Shown here: one piece after another, positions 30,101 to 39,639 of the stretch
Position numbering within the stretch: the stretch's first letter is position 1
Layout: every line of letters starts with the position of its first letter
Assembly: GCA_002269645.1 (NCBI GenBank)
Contig: NIVC01001128.1
Coordinates: 280,850-344,849 of the forward strand
From: Macrostomum lignano
Taxonomy: Eukaryota
Direction of reading: 5' to 3'
DNA length: 64,000 bases
Program-made: the position numbers and the translations under genes
Notes under the pieces: model-generated
Told to the model about the DNA's origin: nothing
Databases searched by the model: none
What the model saw: the letters and a program-made list of their open reading frames with translations, nothing else

Positions 30101-32514
30101 TGTCGCCCAGCGCGGTGTTAAAGGCGCTAGCAAAGCGACGCTGCGTATCGGTGGCTCTGAGCGCGCGGTAGTAGCGCCGCGGTGGCCGCTTCGGCGGACG
30201 GTAGAGCGGATCGCGAAGGTTGAGGTCGCAGATGAGGAGCCGGTGATCGGACCGCAGAGCCAGCGGCGTGATGGTGCGGCAGTTGACGGCGCGACGACGC
30301 TCACGGAAACGCACGAGCACGTGGTCGAGCTGTGCTTGTCTCCGGGTTGCGTTCCTGCCACGCGCGTTCCGTCGCCTCCGCTTGCAGCCCACGAAGGTTG
30401 CGAGACCGCTCAGTGGCTTGCGGAAGCGGGTGTTGGCCGACACCATGTCCTGCCTCTCCAGGAAGTCCTCCAGTGCCTCGGTGTTGTTGTTCCCGCGTGG
30501 CGTCACGAACAGCGACCTCTCGGACCTACGCAGGACTGCGTTCAGGTCTCCGAGGGCGACCGCTGTGTCACGCTGCGCCGTCGCCTCTACCTGCACTGAG
30601 AGCTGCTCGAAAAACTCTTGAGCCTCGTCAGGGCGTGTGGCAGGGGGCGCGTACGCGCAGAACAGGCGAGCATTCCGACCGCGTAGCCGGACGTCGATCC
30701 GAAGCAACCGGGGGGACAGGGAGATGCAGCGACAGCTCTGCTGCAGCCTCGGCCCGATCAGCGCTCCAACTCCTCCACGGCCTCGCTGGTCCGCAGAAGT
30801 ATAGTAGAGGGTCCACCCGGCGCCCAAGTCCTCACAATGAAGTCCCGGGTCGGCCTTGATAGACACCTCCTGCAGCGAGATGATGTCGCAGCTCAGGTCG
30901 TACGCCAGCTTCGCCAGCACCCCTCTACGCCAAGCAGCCTTGAGAGTGCGGCAGTTCAGCGTCCCGACCCGAAGCATGCCCTGTGGTACGGCTGTCTTAA
31001 TTTATTTGCAGTCTTAATTTATTTGCAGTCTTAATTTATTTGCAGTCTTAATTTATTTGCAGTCTTAATTTATTTGCAGTCTTAATTTATTTGCAGTCTT
31101 AATTTATTTGCAGTCTTAATTTATTTGCAGTCTTAATTTATTTGCAGTCTTAATTTATTTGCAGTCTTAATTTATTTGCAGTCTTAATTTATTTGCAGTC
31201 TTAATTTATTTGCAGTCTTAATTTATTTGCAGTCTTAATTTATTTGCAGTCTTAATTTATTTGCAGTCTTAATTTATTTGCAGTCTTAATTTATTTGCAC
31301 CACGGTGCAGATAAATGCCGCTACCTCCTCGTGGTCAGAGCGGAGAGCCGCGCTTAACTGCTGCGGCGGCCAAATGCGGCAGGACCAAGCGAGGGCAGCG
31401 GAGCGCCCGTCGGCGTGTTGAGCGCCGGCGTGAGCGGAACCGACGAGGCCGGCTGCGTGGCGCCGCCCGTCGAGCTGCCGCGCGGGTCCACTCGGATCCT
31501 CCGGGTGGCGCCGGGGACCGTGAGGCTCATTTTTAGCACACTGGCAATGTACATTCTGGATTTAAGCGTCTATTTTTAGCACACTGGCAATGTACATTCT
31601 GGATTTGGGCGGCTATTTTTTAGCACACTGGCAATGTACATTCGGGATTTGGGCGGCTATTTTTTAGCACACTGGCAATCTACATTCTAGGTTTAAAATT
31701 TACATTGGGCTACTTTCATACTGCTCTGCCCCTCACCAACATGCTTGGGCGCAATCTAAGGATTCACCAGGCCGTTTCTATTGGCAACACACACTACACA
31801 CACATGTAAGTCGCTATTGGACAGAATAGTAGTCACGTGACTGCTCTCAGCCAATAGCGACTTACATATGTGTGTTGCCAATAGAAACGGCCGGTGATCC
31901 CCAAGGTTGCGCATGTATGCTCACCAAGCACAGCCGCTCCGTGTCGCGCATATCCGGACACAATCGAATTTTTGCGGATAGCGCAAACTTGTTCGGACAT
32001 CGCAGCGCCGCCCTGGCAGCCGTGAACATCTCTGCTAACAGTTGCGGCTGTGAGCACAAACAAACGCCAAGATTCTGCTGATTGGCCCAGCGTTGCGGAC
32101 AGCCGCAATTCAAATCCACGCCGTCGCAGTGCGGCTCGACCAACCGGACGCAGGCGGCGAACTCTGCCGGATCATTAGAAGCGAACTGCACTATGAGAGG
32201 CCGGTCGCCCGGCCCAGTGACGAATTCGTTGTCCCTGGCCTTGTCGGAGCACAGAAAGGACGAAGCGACGATCATAGGCGTGTAGCACAGGTCGCAGCCG
32301 TACTGACGCACCAGATAGCGAAACGGAAGCTTGGAGTAGCGAACCCGGGTGCGCAGATGCGGACGTACGGCCTGCCGGGCTGGCAGAATTTTGACAGCTT
32401 GCTGCGCTCGCTTGACGACTGGAATTTTGTAAGATGGAATAGGATAATATAAGCGGCAAACATTGCGGATGCTATTTTGTCTTAGTGACTAATTAGAAGC
32501 TGATATTACTACAC

Positions 32515-32547
<33 letters not shown>

Positions 32548-32623
32548 CATTAGATAGATAGATAGATAGAAAGAAAGATACATTAGACAGATAGATAGAT
32601 AGATAGATACATTAGATAGATAC

Positions 32624-32714
<91 letters not shown>

Positions 32715-32796
32715 TAGATAGATAGATAGATAGATAGATAGGTAGATAGATGGATTAGATAGATAGATAGATAGATAGGTAGATAGATAGATACAT

Positions 32797-32828
<32 letters not shown>

Positions 32829-32837
32829 AAGATACAT

Positions 32838-32890
<53 letters not shown>

Positions 32891-32943
32891 GGATGGATGG
32901 ATGGATGGATGGATAGATAAATCAGATAGATAGATAGATAGAT

Positions 32944-32988
<45 letters not shown>

Positions 32989-32997
32989 GGATGGATG

Positions 32998-33028
<31 letters not shown>

Positions 33029-33105
33029 GGATGGAGAGATAGATGGATGGATGGATGGATGGATGGATGGATGGATAGATACATCAGATAGATAGATAGA
33101 TAGAT

Positions 33106-33138
<33 letters not shown>

Positions 33139-33247
33139 GGATGGATGGATAGATAGATAGATAGATAGATAGATGGATGGATAGATAGATGGATGGATGG
33201 ATGGATGGATGGATGGATAGATACATCAGATAGATAGATAGATAGAT

Positions 33248-33280
<33 letters not shown>

Positions 33281-33369
33281 GGATGGATGGATAGATAGAT
33301 AGATAGATAGATAGATGGATGGATAGATAGATGGATGGATGGATGGATGGATGGATGGATAGATACATC

Positions 33370-33409
<40 letters not shown>

Positions 33410-33494
33410 GGATGGATAGATAGATGGATAGATAGATAGATGGATGGATAGATAGATGGATGGATGGATGGATGGATGGATGGATAGATACATC

Positions 33495-33554
<60 letters not shown>

Positions 33555-33615
33555 GGATGGATGGATGGATGGATGGATGGATGGATAGATACATCAGATA
33601 GATAGATAGATAGAT

Positions 33616-33652
<37 letters not shown>

Positions 33653-33661
33653 GGATGGATG

Positions 33662-33712
<51 letters not shown>

Positions 33713-33802
33713 TAGATAGATTAGATAGATAGATAGATAAAGATACATAGATGGCTAGAGAAAATACTGGGGCAATTGTACTAAACTTACCATTACAATC
33801 AT
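27160..33802 (-). CDS. DUS4L: tRNA-dihydrouridine(20a/20b) synthase DUS4L, 3 exons, apparent 1-nt frameshift in exon 2
   Basis: Exons 33802-33791 (MIVM, tentative), 32418-31925 and 27636-27160. Motifs [69 protein letters not shown]. One base is missing at ICAP-(M)-VRY, about 32343-32350. Confidence 0.88.
28110..30977 (-). CDS. RTE ORF: apurinic endonuclease + reverse transcriptase, 955 aa
   Basis: APE motifs [23 protein letters not shown] and SDH; RT motifs [32 protein letters not shown] and YADD. No stops. Confidence 0.96.
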   Translation of the reverse strand: MLRVGTLNCRTLKAAWRRGVLAKLAYDLSCDIISLQEVSIKADPGLHCEDLGAGWTLYYTSADQRGRGGVGALIGPRLQQSCRCISLSPRLLRIDVRLRGRNARLFCAYAPPATRPDEAQEFFEQLSVQVEATAQRDTAVALGDLNAVLRRSERSLFVTPRGNNNTEALEDFLERQDMVSANTRFRKPLSGLATFVGCKRRRRNARGRNATRRQAQLDHVLVRFRERRRAVNCRTITPLALRSDHRLLICDLNLRDPLYRPPKRPPRRYYRALRATDTQRRFASAFNTALGDKRGSAEYAEVCAAIRTAAEQAVPMMQPAQRGQPVWQDDPAIQAAREDLEKLRLSRRPTREAEAALAAVYLQRQQAAVDDAIQAVSAAGPDARGRVAWSAINALTGRKRRNPLNLAGDTPDERRNELREFFAAIVNAPPPPLPDSLTLPPETPLPAEESFSVAPVNAADVVKLAQQSPGGKALGPDEVPIEALRIPCVAAEVARVMNRVLFGEAAPNEWTTAHIVAVPKKPGTTRLEDHRGICLQSCAAKLFNRMLLSRLQPVLDPYLRPEQNGFRPHRGTVAQILALRRVIEEARIRQSILILIFIDFKKAFDSVVRAVLPMVLRAYNVPEQLISAVMAMYRDTTAAVTTPDGLSDSFETSSGVLQGDTLAPFLFVLVLDWVLRTALPTDDDGFLLQRRVGRRQPEKRLSVLGYADDLALLSSTVEGAQRQLDRLVAVAASVGLVVNTQKTVVLCVPDDIEAAIFCRGADGQATELPRCQQFVYLGGLVPDAREDLRRRRGLAWAAFRSVRAVLQSEALPDRQRAALFQAVIETVLLYNAETWTLTDSLEQQVDAAHAGLLRAAFNIGVERVTNAALYRRAGLPRPSDLLRRRRLQLAGHLIRAESYCPQPVQEVLLLTLQAPYRRGQARTRRYVDCLLADAGAPDTAGGAAFVRAQAMKRAL
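30994..31299. repeat. Perfect 17-bp x 18 array in the LINE leader
   Basis: Plus-strand unit GTCTTAATTTATTTGCA; sense unit TGCAAATAAATTAAGAC; 306 bp. Confidence 0.98.
31749..31912. repeat. About 164-bp near-perfect palindrome (foldback) just inside DUS4L intron 2
   Basis: Arms ...CACC(A)GGCCGTTTCTATTGGCAACACACA...ATGTAAGTCGCTATTGG and CCAATAGCGACTTACAT...GTTGCCAATAGAAACGGCCGGTG; centre AGTCACGTGACT. Confidence 0.9.
32517..33752. repeat. (GATA)n/(GGAT)n compound microsatellite in DUS4L intron 1
   Basis: Directly visible; higher-order blocks are marked by GATACATCAG. Confidence 0.98.
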
Positions 33803-34477
33803 ACTAGATATCGAATTACTCAGGCATAGAAAAGCTGATGGGACTATAACCTACACAGTTTTATCAAACTGAAAACAGAAATTCAAGGACGAAATAAATC
33901 AAATAATATTTCAATAAGCGATCGAAATTGACGTCAAACAAGATCAAACTGATGACAAAGCGGGTCCAAAGTTTATTTTTTTATTACGGATATTCGTCAA
34001 GTTGTCAAACATGGTAAACACTGCGGAGACAGTGCTGGGTGCGAAAGGACTGGGCGACAGGGAGTTCAACACAATGTTAATTATTTATTATTCTCATATT
34101 ACAAATGACAGCAATTAAAGAGAACAACATGAAAGCCAAACAGTAGGTTAGCCATGCTGATGTAATACTAACAGACTGTATTACTGCAGTGAAATAGAGT
34201 TGCCAATGAAGTATTGGGGTTAACAGAATAACAAAATACAAAATACAACTGATAATTTTTAATTTTAATAAAAAAACAAGAAAGACACAGAAAGAAGGAA
34301 TAATGAAGAGAGAAGATCAAGAAATTTGAAGATACTGAAGGATGGATGTTAAACCAAAAAGAGATTTTTGCTAATTTTAGTATTCAGAGACTTAGCAAAA
34401 TGAATACCATAAACAGAAAAATACAGACAGAAAAACGCACACTAAGACAGACATATATAGAATGATAGGACTGACGG

Positions 34478-34480
34478 ATT

Positions 34481-34512
<32 letters not shown>

Positions 34513-34626
34513 GGCAGACAGAAAGACAGAAAGATAGGCAGACAGACAGACAGACAGGCAGACAGAAAGATAGGCAGGCAGACAGACAGACAGACAGGCA
34601 GACAGAAAGATAGGCAGGCAGACAGA
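34478..34626. repeat. (GACA)n/(GGCA)n microsatellite
   Basis: Directly visible. Confidence 0.9.
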
Positions 34627-35087
34627 AAACCATAAGAGTGAAGCGAGAATGAGAGTGAATGAAAGCGCTACAGGACTCCAAAGACCGCCTGTCTAAGCAG
34701 AATATAACTGGGGAGCGAGTCAAGGACTGTGTTAAAATGGCTTCAGAAGTTTATATGGATAGTGTACTACCTATCATTTCTAGAGTAATTAAATGTATAC
34801 ACTTAGTCAACAGTGAATCAGTCAGTAGTCACTCTTTGAAAATCTGATCAAAACGATGGCGGCACTATACAACACACTTCAGTCTTATTTAGTTGGGTTG
34901 GTACACAAACATCAGTTACAGGCTGAAAGCACTAAACATAAATATTTATTTAGTTCATTTTACATCAATAAGTTATCCGTTTATTTTCAGCATTGATATT
35001 ATCAATAATATTAGGAAAAAAAGACAAACATAAGACAAATATAAGCGGTAAATAAATAATAATGTAAGGTCAGATGATCGTACACGA

Positions 35088-35814
35088 GATGCTAGAAAAC
35101 TAAATATGTTCACTTGCAAAAAAATCCGTTTATCTACTCTGTTCAGTAGGAAAGTTATAGTTTTTTTTCTTTCTCATTGACTGAGCCAAATCGGGCCTGT
35201 CCCCTAGGCTGAGTTTCGTCCAAATTTCACCCCTCTCCTTACTGCTCTCTCATTGGCTGAGCCAGATTGGGCCTGTCCCCTAGGCTGAGTTTCGTCCAAA
35301 ATTCACCTCTCCTTACTGCTCTCTCATTGGCTGAGCCAGATTGGGCCTGTCCCCTAGGCTGAGTTTCGTCCAAATTTCACCCCTCTCCTTACTGCTCTCT
35401 CATTGGCTGAGCCAGATTGGGCCTGTCCCCTAGGCTGAGTTTCGTCCAAATTTCACCCCTCTCCTTACTGCTCTCTCATTGGCTGAGCCAGATTGGGCCT
35501 GTCCCCTAGGCTGAGTTTCGTCCAAATCTCACCTCTCCTTACTGCTCTCTCATTGGCTGAGCCAGATTGGGCCTGTCCCCTAGGCTGAGTTTCGTCCATC
35601 TAGGGTTTGCTTGTGTAAATCGAGTTAAATTCTTGCTGTTCCTTCTTAAACCCATACGCTCCTGAGGCCGCAAACCCCGACGAAGCAAAAGGAAATTTTA
35701 GCTGCCACATAAAATTTAAGTGACATCGCACAGACAAACTACTGAAATAAGAGTAGATGCTGTACTTCTTTCATAACTTTAATTGCGAGCGGCATATCTA
35801 GCTACTCTAGCAGC
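35088..35814 (-). mobile_element. Non-autonomous TIR element copy B with about 6 internal 74-76 bp repeats
   Basis: GATGCTAGA...TCTAGCAGC ends. Unit CTCATTGGCTGAGCCAGATTGGGCCTGTCCCCTAGGCTGAGTTTCGTCCAAATTTCACCCCTCTCCTTACTGCTCT. Inverted homolog of copy A. Confidence 0.7.
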
Positions 35815-36048
35815 TGTAGAAAAACCAATATTCTGGGATAATTAACGATGCATTAAACAATTAATAGTAAATAGAAGTAAAACACACCAAGCTACAGTTT
35901 TGGTTAGTATTAAATGTCTCATTTAGTTTAAACCGTTTACTGAAACGCGCACAAGTACGCCTGAATAAATAAGTTGTTTTAAAAGACATTTGTAGTCATA
36001 GTCTTTTTTTATAGTCAGCCAGGCAGTCAGCCAGTCACTATTTATAAA

Positions 36049-39000
36049 TTAAGTGACATGATAATCTAGCACAACTTTGTGATAGAACAGCAGATAGCCC
36101 TCGGAGGTCAGCACCTCAGACACTGGCACATCGCTAATCTGGTGATCGTCGCATTTGTACCAGGTGTTACAATTGTGCCGCACGTAGCAGGTGTAGTGAC
36201 CGGCGCTCAGACTACCGGAGTGATTCACTACACAGAACAGGCGGTACTGTTTGCCAAGACGCTCCAACGAGTCGTCGTGATTAGCCTTGCTAGACATGAA
36301 CGGTGTCATGTCGAGCAGCTCGGGAAACGAGATGTGAGTGCTAATCTTCCTGTGATTCAGACAGGCGTGCTGGAACCGTTTGAAATGGAAACAGGCCACA
36401 ACTGGCAGCTTGCGAAAGGTCAACTGTTTAATAGAGTCTTGCACTGTCTGACAGCGGAAGCAGCGAATCTTGCCCAGATGCTCGGGGGCGATGTACCTGC
36501 AAACAATGCGGCACACCTGGGCATTTGCTTTTGAACATCCTTTTAAAAAGCCAAAAATAGACGATTCTTCCTAACGGAATTCCCCGCTAAAATCCCTCGA
36601 TTCCTCCGTAGAATCTTTAGATTCCCCAACGAAATCCTTCAAATTTCCCCCTGGATTATCCCTAGAATGTATAAAATCCACTTCGTATGCCTAAACTCCC
36701 TCCCTATAATGCCTAAATTCCCCCTGGAATGATTAAATTCCCCCTAGAACGCCTGAATCCCCTAGAACGCCTGAATCCCCTAGAACGCCTGAATCCCCTA
36801 GAACGCCTGAATTACCATGGAACGCCTGAATCCCCTAGAACGCCTGAATCCCCTAGAACGCCTGAATTACCATGGAACGCCTGAATTACCCTAGAACGCC
36901 TGAATTACCCTAGAACGCCTGAATTACCCTAGAACGCCTGAATTACCCTAGAACGCCTGAATTACCCTAGAACGCCTGAATTACCCTAGAACGCCTGAAT
37001 TACCCTAGAACGCCTGAATTACCCTAGAACGCCTGAATTACCCTAGAACGCCTGAATTACCCTAGAACGCCTAAATTACCCTAGAATGCACCCAAAATTT
37101 ATCTAGTGCCTAAGTTCCATTTAGAATGCCTAAATTCCCCAGAGAACCCATTAATTCATCATCTTAGCTCCCTAGATTGCCATACGAATTATCCGAGACC
37201 TCATTTTCTAAACGCCCCCTAAATTACCGCGCTGTTTTTACCAGCACCAGGCTCCTCTCTAAAGCTAAAATACCCACCGTTCCAGAGAGCAGCCAAGAGT
37301 CTGACTCTCGCTAGTCAGGGTATTCATATCCAACGAAATATCCCAAAACGGGTCGATAGTACGCGAGACGCTGTCGCAACCGAGACACTTGAGATCGGAC
37401 TGGAATTCACCAGAGAACACTTGGTCAACAATGCACCGGCATGGACTTCTCTGCTGCTGTTGCTGCTGCTGTAACTGCAGCTGATGACCAACTGTGCAAC
37501 CGTTCGGCTCTCCGCTGCCAGAATCGGCTTGGAAATGTTGGTGCAGCAGATTTAGAGCGGCCATTAGAAATTCGTGCGCGTCCTGCTGTTCGTAGCCGGC
37601 CAGATGGTGCGCGTGCACCCAGATTAAGTGCAGAGTGGAGCTCGGCACGAACGGATTATCGCAGTCGGAATAGAATTCGCGAAATAGTCGGGCAAACTCA
37701 CACACGAGGCAGGACAGGGCGGGGTGCTCGCGCAGGCTGGAGTGCGGATCCAATAGGAAGAAGTCGCGCAGCACGGGCGTGTGAACCAGTGCCTGATAGG
37801 GACGGTTTGTGGGTATTCTTGACCTGACACATATGGTATTAGGTGTGTCAGAGCTGTTCTTCATGTTGTGTCAGAACTGTTCTTCATGTTGGGTCAGAAC
37901 TGTTCTTCATGTTGTGTCAGAACTGTTCTTCATGTTGTGTCAGAACTGTTCTTCATGTTGTGTCAGAACTTTTTTTTCATGTTGTGTCAGAACTGTTCCT
38001 CATGTTGTGTCAGAACTGTTCTTCATGTTGTGTCAGCACTGTTTTTCATGTTGTGTCAGGACTGTTCTTCATGCTGTGTCAGAACTGTTTCTCATGTTGT
38101 GTCAGAACTGTTTCTCATGTTGTGTCAGAACTGTTCTTCATGTTGTGTCAGAACTGTTCTTCATGTTGTGTCAGAACTGTTCTTCATGTTGTGTCAGAGC
38201 TGTTCCTCATGTTGTGTCAGAGCTGTTCCTCATGTTGTGTCAGAACTGTTCTTCATGTTGTGTCAGAACTGTTCTTCATGTTGTGTCAGAACTGTTCTTC
38301 ATGTTGTGTCAGAGCTGTTCCTCATGTTGTGTCAGAGCTGTTCCTCATGTTGTGTCAGAACTGTTCCTCATGTTGTGTCAGAACTGTTCTTCATGTTGTG
38401 TCAGAGCTGTTCCTCATGTTGTGTCAGAGCTGTTCCTCATGTTGTGTCAGAGCTGTTCCTCATGTTGTGTCAGAACTGTTCCTCATGTTGTGTCAGAGCT
38501 GTTCTTCATGTTGTGTCAGAACTGTTCTTCATGTTGTGTCAGAGCTGTTCTTCATGTTGTGTCAGAACTGTTCTTCATGTTGTGTCAGAACTGTTCTTCA
38601 TGTTGTGTCAGAACTGTTCTTCATGTTGTGTCAGAACTGTTCTTCATGTTGTGTCAGAACTGTTCTTCATGTTGTGTCAGAACTGTTCATGTTGTGTCAG
38701 AATTGGTTTGTATGATGTGTCTGATCAGTTTTATTGTAGTCTTCTAACATCACCTTTGTGAACGAACAGTCCTTCTAGACAGTATGCTAACAGCCAAAAA
38801 GAATCAACTGATTTCTATACTACTTACTAAGTAGAAAAACGCTAGATTTACTAACCTGAACAATGCAGCTCATAAAGCAGGTATTGCCCAGATTAACCAG
38901 GCCGCGCAATCCCAGCAACTGATTAGTTGACACTCGCAGATTCAATCGATTCTTAGCCAGCACGGCTAGGAACTCCTCAGAGGGAATCCAGTCTTCGAAG

Positions 39001-39404
39001 AAGTTCGGCACGCCCAACGATTTGAAGGCCCGCCGTCGGCACTGACGCAGCATCTGCAGAAGGCTCAGATCGTAGCGATAATCCGAGCAATCGTGGCAGT
39101 ACACCTGGCCAGAGCTCAAATCCACACTTAGCCTAGCCTGAGATCCTCCGGCCGGATGCGCTGCGTCCACGTGACCTTGAATATGACCGTTGCCATAGCA
39201 ACCAAAGTGAACGCAGAGCAGGCAAGCGTGAACCCTGGCCGTACTGTCGCATTGGGCGCATTTCTGCTTCTGGGATTTCAGCACCCGTTCGACTGGACTG
39301 CGAGGATAAACGAGTCGCTTTAATAGCATCTCATATTGGCCGCGACCGGGACTCCCGGGCCCCAGCTGAGTGCTCAAGTGTTCGCAGGTGTACGCGGTTG
39401 CCAT
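36049..39404 (-). CDS. USP22: Ubiquitin carboxyl-terminal hydrolase USP22/Ubp8/nonstop (SAGA DUB), about 503 aa, 3 exons
   Basis: Exons 39404-38856, 37792-37278 and 36496-36049. ZnF-UBP (CAQC...HACLLCVHFGC...H...GQVYCHDCSDY), Cys box GLRGLVNLGNTCFMSCIVQ, EQQDAHEF, His box NHSGSLSAGHY, WYKCDD. Confidence 0.92.
36640..37150. repeat. 19-bp minisatellite in USP22 intron 2
   Basis: Unit CCCTAGAACGCCTGAATTA with degenerate flanks. Confidence 0.93.
37845..38703. repeat. 23-bp minisatellite in USP22 intron 1, about 37 copies
   Basis: Unit GTCAGAACTGTTCTTCATGTTGT. Confidence 0.97.
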
Positions 39405-39410
39405 AGCAAC
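39189..39410. promoter_or_regulatory. Two identical RFX X-box motifs GTTGCCATAGCAAC
   Basis: Exact 14-mer at 39189-39202 (coding, GCYGN) and at 39397-39410 (overlapping the ATG); matches GTNRCC-N0-3-RGYAAC. Confidence 0.5.
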
Positions 39411-39639
39411 TATGCGATGAGAAGTTAGCTTTGTTTTTTAAACTAATAAAATCTTGAGACAAAAACCAGACAACTTCCGATGAACTGCAGAGACGGTCAG
39501 TGTTCGAGAAAATTCGAAACGCTGAAGGAAAAGCAAGCAATAAACATAATTTGAGTGATTGATTGATGTCAACTGAGAGTTGACATTTCAAGGGCGAGAT
39601 TTAATTAAACACAATTAAATTCTGAAAGCCATTCTTAAA

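Larger units (their letters stand above)
28064..31528 (-). mobile_element. RTE-clade non-LTR retrotransposon with an intact ORF
   Basis: Single APE+RT ORF, (TTG)6 3' tail (plus CAA 28062-28079), short 3' stem-loop (28083-28110) and flanking 10-bp direct repeat ATTTTTAGCA at 28054-28063 and 31529-31538. Confidence 0.93.
27683..31700. repeat. 43-bp minisatellite in DUS4L intron 2, split by the RTE insertion (27683-28063 and 31529-31700)
   Basis: Unit TTTTAGCACACTGGCAATGTACATTCTGGATTTGGGCGGCTAT present on both sides of the LINE. Confidence 0.92.

Noticed and set aside
28124-31034. Numerous antisense and alternative-frame ORFs within the RTE
   Set aside because: GC-rich shadow ORFs with no motifs.
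31354-31554. 66-aa minus-strand ORF as RTE ORF1
   Set aside because: It starts in flanking minisatellite DNA with a non-ATG codon and has no gag or zinc-knuckle motif. At most a truncated remnant.
35140-35600. GGACGAAAC in the 76-bp units resembling the schistosome hammerhead core
   Set aside because: No upstream CTGANGA or GTCC stem partner.
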